In this document: positions 1 to 11,540 of the stretch, one piece after another
Layout: the number at the start of each line of letters is the position of its first letter
How positions within the stretch are numbered: position 1 is the first letter of the stretch
Assembly (NCBI RefSeq): GCF_000485595.1
Contig: NW_014577062.1
Location: 1,287,646-1,325,016, forward strand
Direction: 5' to 3'
Source of the DNA: Priapulus caudatus
Taxonomy: Eukaryota
Length of the DNA: 37,371 bases
Translations under genes and position numbers: made by a program
Notes under the pieces: generated by a model
The model's database searches: none
What the model was told of the DNA's origin: nothing
Seen by the model: the letters and a program-made list of their open reading frames with translations, nothing else

Positions 1-109
<109 letters not shown>

Positions 110-1225
110 ATCGAGGCGTTCAGCGTCACAGTGTTAGATCAAAGGTGAGTGGTAGCAGCACACAGTGACGACAGAAGCATTAAGTATGAAGTGTTTGGTA
201 GTCCAGTATCTATACATCCGCCTCACCCTCAGACGTCTGTGCCATCCAAGTTAAACACACCATGAATGCTCTCAATAACTAGCTCGCAAACGCAGCACAA
301 GTAAAAATTAATCACTCATCGCGATTAGAGACTGTAAACAAACTTCCTTCGTGTTCAGGTGCAATGTGTCAACACGGTGAGTGTGGGCGAGTCGGCAGCC
401 GTGTACGCGCATGCGCATCTAAGCTGTATGTGCATCATGCGCATGTAAGCTGCCGTCGTCAGAATTCGGCGCCTAGGCGAATAACTCGAACGCATTATAA
501 TATAAATATAGTTATCATATTATACTAACAGCTACGCCTCAGCTGGAGAACGCGTATCACAAATGCACGACGACGTCTGATAGACCGAATTCCGTAGCAA
601 ATGTGAAATATCTCTATTATTGAGCCATTCTCTTTTGACTGTCCATTTTCGCATTTTTTTCCGTTGTGACCCTCCATATACTCTGTAAACATAAAAGTAC
701 TCTGTGTTATATAATGATATGCTACATAAACATTATAGATAGAGCACAGAACAGACGTGTTCCACAAGATACAGGAAGGGTAAGACACAAGCAACGTGCA
801 CATATTACGCTATATATATACCATGAAAATAATTGAAATGCAGATTTTAATCAAGTAAGCTGCTGTGAGTGGTTAATATATATATATATATAAATATATA
901 TATATTAGCGCATGATGTGATGAAAGCGAAATCAAGGTCGCGAGCTATAGCGAGAGTGCACAGTGCACGGCTAGCACGCGCAGCTTCTATTGCGCTAATA
1001 ATAATAGCACTCTATGGACACGAAGACATATTACATCCGCGCCGATGTCGGGGGAAATAACTAGAATCAAATTAAATCTGAATTAATAAAACTCTTCCGA
1101 GTGGCAAATCGAGTGGTGCTAGTTAGGAGCGTAGCTAGCCCATTTTGTCTGTGCGTGTGGGGGCAGATATAAAGCCACACGCGTGTTCTATTCGGAAAGG
1201 TGACCGCCGTTGACCATGTAATGTA

Positions 1226-1573
1226 TGTGACGGCCAAATCGCCCGGAGTCTTTCGCGAGCTGGTTCAATAAACGAAATAGACACAGGAATTACTGGATAC
1301 AGTCTCTTTATCGTGTATTTGCCATCAAGACCCAATACAGCTCCAAATTCCAGTCAAACATCCATCAATTCCATCGAGTATCCGTAAATCTCTTATGTCA
1401 TCCGCGTTCTAAAACACAAGCGTTCAAAGCGGTCATCCGGAACGAAACTGTGTCTCACATGCTATGCTCACAATGGCAAAAGCGCGGATTCTCAGAAAAG
1501 GGGGTTCCACTGCGCACAATGAGATTCGGAATCAAGAGTAGTCCGAAAGGAGTTTTAGAAATTGGCGTCCACA
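1226..1573 (-). repeat. 3' LTR of BEL/Pao element
   Basis: Direct repeat of 8724..9070; by manual alignment about 12 substitutions and 1 indel (about 96% identity). Confidence 0.96.
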
Positions 1574-1586
1574 TTCCAGCCCTCTT
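1574..1586 (-). promoter_or_regulatory. Polypurine tract of BEL/Pao element
   Basis: Minus strand AAGAGGGCTGGAA immediately precedes the 3' LTR. Confidence 0.8.
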
Positions 1587-1969
1587 ATTGTGGGCTAATG
1601 CAACACAATTACAAATATACTCAACATACATGCACATACAGGTAGATTTGTCTCCCAGAGATCAAATACACAAAATTTCAATACAAGGCATATAAAACTA
1701 CACTAACCAAGTCCCTCTCACACATTCAGGACTATAACGGGCTATAACGACAAACCAAATCAGGTCAAACCAAGAACCAGCACTAACCAACTGGTTTTCC
1801 AAATAGTCTTAATAGTTACGGTCTCAGAACACAAAAAATCAAGTTATGAACTTCAAACTCAAATCAGCCATAAACATCCCAAAATACTCAAACCAATCTA
1901 GTTTGAAACAGGTAGTTCAGCTTTAAGTACTCACTTTAGCTCTACAAAGTCACTCATTCATTACACAGT

Positions 1970-3086
1970 CTAACTCACTGGTTCACACTCAAAAATAAGA
2001 CACAACTTGTCAATTGGTATCAACATCTCACTATTGGCTGTTTTCACCCTAACTTGTCTCACAAAACCATTCCTATCCTTCAACACTTCAATCACCCGAC
2101 CCATAAGCCACGAGTTTCTTGGGAATCTTTTGTCTACAACCAAGACAACATCGCTAACTTGAAGATTTCTCTTGAGATCGCTCCATTTTTGTCTTTCGTG
2201 TAACAAGGGAAGGTATTCCTTAACCCAGCGGTGCCAAAACAAATCAGACAAGTACTGCACTTGGCGCCATCTACGTCTAGAATAGATGTTTTTCTAAATG
2301 AATACTCCAGGTGGTAAGACAGGTTTACATTTCATCAAGAGAAGGTGATTTGGGGTCAACGCTTCCAAGTCATCTGGTTGGTCCGAGTTTCTCGAGATGG
2401 TCCTATCATTTAAGACAACCTCGATTTCACAAAAAAGCGTCCTCAAACCCTCGTCATCTAATCTTTGCTCTTTCATGACAGTATTCATGATTCTACGTAT
2501 CGACCCAATCATTCTCTCATAGATTCCCCCATGGTGCGAGCCTGCTGGTGGATTAAAAATCCACTCGATATTTTTCTGTAACAAGTAATCATGAATCTGA
2601 CCCTGATTCCACTTAGCCACGGCCTCCCTCAACTCGCGATTGCCCTCCACGAAGCTAGAGCCATTGTCGGAGCGCAAACGTCCGCAATGAATCGACGCAG
2701 TGCACAAATAAATAAACTTGTATCTAGGGAATCTGCGACTTCAATATGCACGGCCCGGATGGCAAGACACGTGAACATTACCCCGTAACGTTTTACTACA
2801 GATCTACTACGGGCAACTTCAAAAGGGCCATACAGATCAACATTAACCGAGCTAAAGGGTGAATCATCAGCTGACATCTTGTTCTCATGAAGATCACTTA
2901 TTTTCTGTTGACACACCTTGGTTTTTTGTTTTTTACAAGTCACGCTTTGACGGAGCAATCTTCTTATGACCGATGGAGCTTGGACAATCCAAAACCTTTG
3001 TCGCAATCTACTGAGCATATGGTTTCGCCTACTGTAAAAGAGACTCTTGTGTATGTGGTCGAGAATCAATTTGGAGACATGACTAG
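1970..3086 (-). pseudogene. BEL/Pao integrase (zinc finger, DDE core, C-terminal domain), frameshifted
   Basis: Fragments with VDLYGPF, FTCLAIRAVHIE, SDNGSSF, GGIYERMI, LTPNHLL and [10 protein letters not shown] spread over three ORFs. Confidence 0.93.
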
Positions 3087-4166
3087 TGTAACGGCCTCGG
3101 CCTCTGCTCTGCCGAGCCCTGCGCGCAGTTCGCTCGCCGAACTTTTCGGTGTCAGATGTTTCGCTCCCCGAACTTTTCGGTGTCAGATGTTTCGCTCCCC
3201 GAAAGGTGCGCGCAGCTTCGCAAGTAGAATCGCCGCCTCTAAAACGATCCTCTTCGGTAGTGTTCGCTGCGTCGGTGGTATTCGCTGCGTTGGTAGTACC
3301 CCTTCACGCGAAAGATTTCTCTCCCGCGCGTGCGTTGTGTAAGACTTATGAGATGGTGTGAGGATGCGTACGGTTACAGGCGTACCCTTCCTCGGCGGTA
3401 AGATTGACGTGTAGACGTGGGGAGAAATGAAGGCGCAGGCAAAAGTGTGCTAAGAGTGAATAATGTTTATTACAACACAACGAAAGAATGGGTAAGATAC
3501 ATACTGAACGCACCGGTAATCAAACGAGCAGCTTTCAAAGAGCTTTCTGAGTCGTACTCACTCGTTTCGGCGCTGGTGTTAATTCCAGGAATATATCTCC
3601 CGCACAATAGTTTACTCGCTCAACGTTACGAGTAACTCGCTAAACTCCGAAATACACATCAGTAGGTTCCTGAATAACTCCCTACACAAACCCTCTACTC
3701 CCCTTCTTCTACTACTTCTGCTCAACTACTCCTACTCTACTCGACTATTCAACTCCAACTCAACTCCTCTTCTTCCTTCTCAACTGCCCAACTAACTCTT
3801 CACAACTGCCAACTCGACTATTAACTCTTCACAACTATTAACTATTCAACTGCCTATCGTCAGGCGCGCGGTGCCCTCTTATACCCTCGCGGGCGCCTGC
3901 CCCATGAGTCAGCTCTCAGTAGCCTATCACAGCGCGCGTCTACCACGTCCGCTCTGTCACGCACGCCTACCTAACACGTGATCAACCGATCGATCGCTCA
4001 CTGGCCGAGCCCCGTGATTGGCTGTTCCTGTTTACCAGCGTGTTATTTCGGTATTCGGAGATTTCGGCGGTTTCGGTGTTCGGTACTATTCCTCCCGAAC
4101 GCTATCCCCGAATTCTAGTTCCCGAATCGCTATTTCCCCGACTCTCGATTCACCCGCGCCGTCACA
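3087..4166 (-). mobile_element. Solo LTR (1080 bp, probably Ty3/Gypsy type) inserted in the BEL/Pao integrase
   Basis: Ends TGTAACGGC...GCCGTCACA. 4-bp TSD CTAG (3083..3086, 4167..4170). Minus-strand TATAA at 3879..3883 and AATAAA at 3466..3471. Removing it restores KHPVILSKSSHVSKLILDHIH. Confidence 0.88.
3137..3203. repeat. 31-bp tandem duplication inside the solo LTR
   Basis: CCGAACTTTTCGGTGTCAGATGTTTCGCTCC at 3137 and 3168. Confidence 0.9.
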
Positions 4167-5250
4167 CTAGATTTGGATAGAATGACCGGGTGCTTGGCTT
4201 CTTCGGTTAACTTTGAACAGTCTAATCTGCCCCAACACGCAATAAATCTCCGTCAAAAATTGGGTCCAGTTTACGGATTGGACTTGACCGCGACACTTGT
4301 GGGTCTTTCCCGTTTAGGACTTCAATCTCCTGGGCATAAAAGGTGCGCTGATCGTAGCTCATGATGGCCGATTCTGCTCTCCGCATGTCATTCACAGTTA
4401 ATGGAAACGTATCGACACCTACTGCTTGGTCACCTCTATTCATTCGTCATCGGGCACGTGCCAACAGTGTGGACTTCACCCTCAAGATCCACGCAACTGA
4501 CCGCTTCAATGCTGTCCACGACGAGTATCGCTTCAATAACCTGGCAATGGCATCCACGTTTTTTGTAGTCACCACTGCCCCAACAACCTTCTCTTTCTTT
4601 ACCTCAGGGTCCAAATCCTCGCTGTCCTCCTTTGCTGGTACCAAGATGGGAACATCTGGCTACTCTGACTTGTCTTCCCACAGGAAACCAGGTCCTGCGA
4701 ACCAACGTGGCGAACTCAATATCTCGCTAGCCGACAGTCTTCTGCTGGCGTCGTCTGCAGGACTCAGCGTGGTATTGACATACATCCACTGGCTGGGAGT
4801 TGGTCCGTCACGAATAACCACAAGCCTATTAGCAACAAACGTCTTGTATCTTGACGTCTCATTGTGGATGTACCTCAGCACCGTCTGACTGTTTGTCCAA
4901 AACTGGGATGGCATCAAGGGCAACTCGCTCAACTCCCTGGTTAGCATTCTGCCAGTTCGAACAGCCACTGTCGCTGCTGTAAACTCTAGTCTAACTATCG
5001 TCGTCGCTTTTTTCAAAGGGGCTACGCGAGACTTCCCTAAGGCGAGGGAACAATGGCGCTGTCCATCTGCATTCTGAAGCAACAAATACGACGCGGTGCC
5101 GTATCCTGCCTCGCTCGCGTCAGAGAAATGATAAAGCTGCGCTGATTTAACGTCCCCAAACCCCCTTGGCTTGTAACAGCTGTTAACCCCAAAGCTCTCC
5201 AACTCCCTCAAGTCATGCCGCCAAAAACGCCCACTGGTTAAGAAGACCAT
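4167..5250 (-). pseudogene. BEL/Pao RNase H and RNaseH-integrase linker, disrupted
   Basis: LYHFSDASEAGYG, KSRVAPLK, RLE, FWTNS, FVANR, SPADDASR, GPGFL, RYSSW..LKR, LLRVG; several stops and frameshifts. Confidence 0.92.
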
Positions 5251-6607
5251 CTGGAATGGTTGCGTCCCAGCCCAACTGCAGCCTCGTTATCTCTTGCAAC
5301 AGTCCCTTTGCACGTAACACGAATGGAGTCAGAAAACCAAGTGGATCATAAACACTGCTAACTATAGACAGGATCTCACGACGTGGGGGCGGACGCTTCT
5401 GTACATCGACGTAAACGCGAAACCTATCAGACTTGACGCACCAACTTACAGCCAGCGCCCTTTCGATTGGCATTACGTCCTGGTCCAAATCCAAATCTAC
5501 AACACTCTTGGCCCTCTTTTCCACTGGTATGGTGGCGACTACCTCTCTGTGGTTACTTATCCGGCATCGCATGTTGAAGCCACCGTGGTCCAACACTGAA
5601 TCGACATCCGCGTTGGACGGCTCTCGCATTCTTCAACAGATCGTCGACATAGAAGGACTTGAGCACCGTGTTGATAACATCAAAATTAAACTGACCCTTC
5701 ACGCCCAAGGCGGTTCTTCTAAGCGCGAAATTAGCACAACTCGGGGACGATTTCGCGCCAAACAGGTGCACTACCATCTGGTATTCCAACACTTCGTTAG
5801 CAGGGTTCCCATCCTTCCACCAAAGGAACCAAAAAAAGTTACAATCTTTTGGAGGAACGCCTACTGTACTCTGTAAAACATGGTTTACATGTCTCCTTGA
5901 ATCGCAACATCATCAAGCCTAAACCTAAGTAGAGTTCCAACAAGACTATTAGTCAAGTTAGGACCGGCCAACAACTCGTCATTCAGACAACACCCACTGT
6001 ACTGCGCCGCACAATCAAACACGACGCGCAGTTTGTGTTTCCGCGGGTGTCGCACCCCATGATGGGGAGTGTACCACACTTTACCTGAATTCTCTACCTC
6101 GGGCGAAAGAAGCTCTGTTGGGACTCTTCTGGCATAGCCATTGTCCAACACCTTGTTCATGAAACCTTGATACTCCTCGGCGTAGGCTGCGTCCCTCTCA
6201 AAACGTCTCCCCAATCCAGACATCCGTTGCTCCGCTTGCTTCTTATTATTCGGCATCTGGATATCCTCAGACTTGAACGGCAGGCCTATGACGTAGTGGC
6301 CATTCTCATAACGTATGGACTCTTCGATCCTCTCTAGGAAAAGTTTGTCATCACGAGAGTGCTTGTCTTGATCATTTATAATCCTCTCACTAAAGTCGAG
6401 ATCAAACTGACGATGTACCTGTGCTTCCAAACGTGTCACGGCGCAATTACACGACGCATTTCGCGGCGACACGCTATCACTAGAAACATCCAAAGGCCCA
6501 TTTATGACCCAACCCAGGATGGTTTGTACCGCGAAAGGCCCATTGCCAATACGCTTTATGATATCCCACGGCTCCAAAGCCTTCGGCACATCTACCCCTA
6601 AGAGCAA
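5213..6607 (-). pseudogene. BEL/Pao reverse transcriptase, frameshifted
   Basis: WYTPHHGV..P.K.KLRVVFDCAA, LNDELLAGPNL, HLFGAKSSPSCA, FYVDDLL, SVYDPLGFL. Confidence 0.95.
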
Positions 6608-7155
6608 ACCAACTTAACCATCTATGGCACCTGCAGAGAATGGAATGTCGCGCAAGTAAGGCCACCTATCTACTAGTACCTCAGGGTCAATTATATCAAC
6701 CTTGGTCACAGGCAATTCAGGTTGTGTAAGAATGGGTGGCAACTTCACTGTTGCTTCCTCCTTCAAACTACTGACCTACAAACCAGTTATCTCAAACCCA
6801 CTTATAACACAATGCTAAGACATGGTACGCAATTCAATCTGGACCTTCTACCCTTTGCACCCAATGACTTCATCAAATCTTTAGTCATGAAGGAAGAAGT
6901 ACTTCCACTATCCAGAAAAGCAAAGGTTTCCACAACACGATTGGTTGACACACATTTTACCTTGACCGGCACAATGGCCAACGCTTGTTGGGGAGAATCT
7001 CCGGCCCTCGTATAACCTGTACATACATTTGTCTGATTGGGACCCGACTTGGACCTTGCTGCTTTAGCGGCATGCATAATAGTAGGATGTTCTTGTTGAT
7101 ACTTGCTGCATGTCAACCTACTTTGGCAAAACCTCTTCCTGTGGCCAGGCTTCAA
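6608..7155 (-). pseudogene. BEL/Pao Gag zinc knuckles and aspartic protease, disrupted
   Basis: KPGH...C..C...HPT.MH knuckles; protease motif FAFLDSGS. Confidence 0.88.
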
Positions 7156-7176
7156 ACAGCCAAAACATAAGTTATG

Positions 7177-8641
7177 CTACCTCAACAACGCATACCTTTC
7201 AGAAAGTGACTCGATCAAAAACCTTGAACAGTTGACCAAATTGTGGTCAGTACCTTTACGAAAGAGACAAGGAGTACACGACACCGGGTTGGCGGGCGGG
7301 TTCGGAGTCTTACCTCTAACGGCAAGGGTAGGGCTGGGGCTGTTTACGTTGGTGGCTAAACTCCTATGAGTTGGCTGAGATGGCCTACTGCCATGACTAG
7401 GTTGCTTGCTAGAATATGGTGACATACTAGCAGGCTGAAGGGCTGGACTCATGACCTCCTTTCCATACATGGGGTCGTTTTCCTTCTTTGCCTCTTTTCT
7501 AACAAAGTCTACTAGTTGGCCAAATTTGACTGGCTGGTTCCTGATTTTCTTCTCGTACACGATCCTCCTCCACCTGTCGTGCAGATGATATGGCAACTTT
7601 TTCACGATTTGCTTCATGTCATCTCCGTATTCCAAGACGCCTACAGACTCGGTCTCTTCCACCGCATGCAAACATTCACGAAGAAAGATTCCGAATTCGT
7701 CCAATACCTTCGGTTTGTCGGCTTTCACGTTTGGCCAGTCCAGTGCACGGTTAACGTAAGACTGCGAGATTTCGCTTGGATTGCCATACCTGTCTTTGAA
7801 CTCGTCCAGTGCGGCCCGGTAACCACGCTCGGCGTTGAGGTGTGAATATGCATGTGCGATGCTGTGTGCCTCACCCGTGGTGTACTGCAAAAGATAGGTT
7901 AACTTTTCATCGGCAGAATCAGTGTTGGCACTGATCCTTGCATTAAACTGTCTGAGAAAGTTTGTGTAGCCCATGAGGTTTCCGTCGAATTTCGCGATGT
8001 CCATTGCTGGTTTTCTCCGTTCCTTAACAGCAAGGCTTAGATCATGTAGGTCTGCCATCGTGTCGGTGACAGAGTCAGAGCAAAAGATCGAGTGCCCACT
8101 GGTATTCACAACAGGTGTCGACACCATGAACCTGGAAGAAACGACTGCGTACAGGGTTCCAGCGATACCGAGCCACTGCTCACAACGGCGGGCGAATCAG
8201 CAGAGTTACTGTCCACAACCGAGGACGGATCCCCGACCTTCGCCTTAGTCACTACGGAAACTTTACTTACGGCTTGCTACTCGTGATAGCGTCTATCTCC
8301 GCCAGCGACCGATTGTCTCTTAGTTCACTATTTTCCAATTCTTCCAGCACTCGTGCTCTCGCCTTACTGACGTTAATTTCCGTTTCAATGTTGTGTTCTT
8401 TCTCGTTCAGAGCCAGTTCGAGTTTAGCGTGCTGTATTTTTCTTTTCTGTTTTAGAGCCTTCGCTTGCGCCAAAAACTCCGCTTTCTTTTGTTTCTCTGC
8501 CGCCTTAGCCAGCGACAGTCGACTACTAGTTTGCGAGTGTGACCGGGAAACCAGCGCTTTCAGCCTTGACGTCCTCAGAGGTGAGGACCTTTTCCCACGG
8601 CGGGGCATCCGTGCTTTAATTCCTCCATACGATGGCTCCAC
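7177..8641 (-). pseudogene. BEL/Pao Gag, disrupted
   Basis: Coiled-coil N-terminal part (8267..8641), then KFDGN...F, KLTYLLQYTTGEA, RYGNP, IVKKLP..L..RW (7177..8127). Confidence 0.88.
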
Positions 8642-8709
8642 AAAGAGTCCACTGACTCCTCCGACATTCCCTCTAACGACACGAGGTTTCGTCTCTCTGA
8701 CGTCACGAC

Positions 8710-8720
8710 AAGAGATTTAC
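8710..8720 (-). promoter_or_regulatory. Non-tRNA primer-binding site candidate (GTAAATCTCTT), complementary to LTR 8882..8892
   Basis: Lies 3 nt from the 5' LTR, has no TGG, and is a perfect 11-bp reverse complement of an LTR-internal sequence. Confidence 0.6.
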
Positions 8721-8723
8721 TAA

Positions 8724-9070
8724 TGTGGCGGCCAAATCGCCCGGAGTCTTCCGCGAGCTCGTTCAATAAACGAAATAGACACAGGAATTACTGGATACAG
8801 TTTCTTTATCGTGTATTTGACATCAAGACCCAATACAGCTCCAAATTCCAGTCAAACATCCATTAATTCCATCGAGTATCCGTAAATCTCTTATGTCATC
8901 CGCGTTCTAAAACACAAGCGTTCAAAGCGGTCATCCGGAACGAAACTGTGCCTCACATGCTATGCTCACAATGGCAAAAGCGCGGATTCTCAGAAATGGG
9001 GTTTCACTGAGCACAATGAGATTCGGAATCAAGAGTAGTCCGAAAAGAGTTTTAGGAATTGGCGTCCACA
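8724..9070 (-). repeat. 5' LTR of BEL/Pao element
   Basis: Direct repeat of 1226..1573, upstream of gag on the minus strand. Confidence 0.96.
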
Positions 9071-9959
9071 ATGTATCTACACTTTACTAGTATATAGACG
9101 CGAGGGGAAGCTGCCTTAATTCCTTGCCCCCACCCGATAGCTACGACCCTGCTAGTACGCTAAGTGAAATGGCCATCAATTTATATCTACGAATTAATTT
9201 TACCGCGTATATGATACACGAGGTCTGTCCCTCGGCGTATTTTCCATTCGATTTAATAAACTGACATTCTTTACAGATACATGGGCGGATTTATCCTCAT
9301 CTATAAGCAGATGGAGTGTCGGTTTTAGTAACATACGTTGAAAATACGAGGAATACATGACATATAACGAGAGTTTCTGCTTTCTCAGCCAAGGTGTCTC
9401 AGCGGTATATGTGCGCCAGCGTACATTTGCGCGAATGATTCTCAAATTTTTCTCGACTCCTCGTAGTCGAATATCTATGAAAAATTTCAGTGCAATGCAT
9501 GCGTTTGTTAATAACAAAGCGCAATGCTATAGAGCACTATGCGTCTATCTGATCTGTGTGCATTTTCTATTTTCTAATACGCGGTTGCTAGTTCGAAAAA
9601 TCAACATGTGAGCTAGAGACGTATGCATATTTGTACAAGAAATCTACATCTCTAACAAGACCTCTGATTATACGAGTAACATTGGAGATAAATCAGACTC
9701 CGGCGGTAAATCCTGGCCGCTTTGTTAATGTCAGGTATTATTTGGTTACGATTATTCAGGCTAACCTTCACCGCCCGGCGAAATTCACTAGCGTTAATTA
9801 AATGTTGTCACCCACGCTTCTTAGCGGTAATCATGTTACACGTCCAACTGCTACATCAAATACTGCCCTGATAAATGCTATCACCCTTGCTTCTTAAAGT
9901 AATGATCTCTCATAGTTTCCCAACGTTCTCATATTTTCGCGACCGTTCTCATACCTACC

Positions 9960-10025
9960 CAGGCCCGTAGCCAGGGGGGGGTTCGGGGGGTTCGAACAAA
10001 CCCCCCCCCCCTGGCTACGGGCCTG
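9960..10025. mobile_element. 66-bp hairpin MITE (hAT-like termini)
   Basis: TIR CAGGCCCGTAGCCAGGGGGGG / CCCCCCCTGGCTACGGGCCTG; 6-bp TSD CCTACC (9954..9959, 10026..10031). Confidence 0.88.
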
Positions 10026-11400
10026 CCTACCGATACTCTTAGCGTAACGCCAAGTGTGTACAGTAAGGATTACACGTCTTGGAAATCTCGCAGATCATTA
10101 TTGAGTTCTCCAATATAAGCACCAATCTGCATTTAAAAGTAGAATTGTTTAAAATAAATGTGCCAACACAAATAGCACATGATTCTCGTATCTCACTATA
10201 GATGCCATCAACTGGTACCCTGTCTCTACACCATGTTACCTTTGTCTAAACATGTTGAGATTATCTGACGCACTTTTGTGGCACCATTTTAAGGTTTTCT
10301 TTTTGTCGAATCACGGAAATGCAAGCGCAAGCTTAGTGTTTATTTGCTGTTTTATTGCCTACAACAGCACAAACCAGTGGTAATTTTTATGCTGGAGTAA
10401 TCAGTAATATGTCCGCTAAATAGCGATACCTAATTTGTCTACATATTTTTATTTTTCCAATTATTCGAGAGAGCATATTGCCCAGTTGCGTCACGAAATG
10501 CTGCGGAGATGACTGTTGTCAGGCCGTAATTTGTCAGAGTAATGCGAGCTCAAGTAAAACCTGCAAGGAAGTTAAACGAGCGATTAATTAACTCCAATTT
10601 GATCAATCTGACGCAAGACGACAAAGGTTATCCATTAGTACACTTCTGTTCGGAAACAGGCAGACGTCATAAATGGACTGTATGCTACTCTACGCTCTCT
10701 TCGAACACACACACGTTCTGGCTCAGTCGAGTAAAGTACCGTGTGGGCGAACAGCTAGCTATACAAACAGGAGTACGATTCCTACTAGTTCTAAAAAGGC
10801 CGGTGGTCCTGGCGGTCAGTGTCATTATTGTTCGAAGAGGTGCTCAGACTTACGAGTATCCTGACCTTATCAGGACTGCGTGCGTAAATATACATAAAGG
10901 CTCGTGGAACTGATGTACGCGACTCGAATAGTGAAAAAGGATGTGCCAGCTTTAAAAGACCACGGGTGCCGTACCAGTCTAACCAAAAATTAGAAATAAA
11001 ATGTGAAAATTTACAAATTAATAGTAGACATAAAAAACTGGGTGTAATTTGTGCAAGCGAAGGCCACATACAATAACTCTCAATAGATCCACAGACTGCC
11101 GCTGAACGTCTCCGTCTCTGCCATGATTATTCTTATTTCGTGTTTTGTTCAGGGATTTTTTCAAGTGTCACTCGCCGCCGGCGGAGCTGCAATCTATTTC
11201 GCTTGCCAGCAGCGGCCACAAGTGCTCCACCGTCTCACGGTTACTCCTCCTTACTTACGGCTCCTGTGAAACATCTAAACTCGTGTCTCTCGCCTCGCAC
11301 ACTGGGAGGTCTTCGTGGATGTTATTCTTAGTGATTTACATTTGACAATTCGATCAGTAGTGCAAAGGGGAGCGCTAACGAGTGAGATAAACCAAACGTA

Positions 11401-11416
11401 AATATATATATATAAC

Positions 11417-11452
<36 letters not shown>

Positions 11453-11463
11453 CGTATATATAT
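11401..11463. repeat. (TA)n microsatellite
   Basis: Visible. Confidence 0.9.
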
Positions 11464-11540
11464 GTTGCGTTTTACGCAGTGGTCGTCTGTCCAATCGTTT
11501 AGTATACATACGCCCTGCTTCGCACCGCCTCGCCTCCGCT

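Larger units (their letters stand above)
1226..9070 (-). mobile_element. Full-length, decayed BEL/Pao LTR retrotransposon
   Basis: Two about 348-bp LTRs with TGT...ACA ends. 5-bp TSD ATGTA (1221..1225, 9071..9075). Gag-PR-RT-RNaseH-IN fragments in that order on the minus strand with BEL/Pao-type motifs. Confidence 0.97.
1124..9151. mobile_element. Short non-autonomous TIR element (hAT-like MITE, about 178 bp) split by the BEL/Pao insertion: 1124..1225 + 9076..9151
   Basis: Left end TAGGAGCGTAGCTA and right end TAGCTACGACCCTG form an imperfect TIR. Subterminal inverted pair GTGGGGGCA/TGCCCCCAC. Flanking direct repeat CTAGT at 1119..1123 and 9152..9156. Confidence 0.7.

Noticed and set aside
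4361..8723. Plus-strand ORFs within the retrotransposon
   Set aside because: Antisense shadows of gag-pol with no recognisable motifs.
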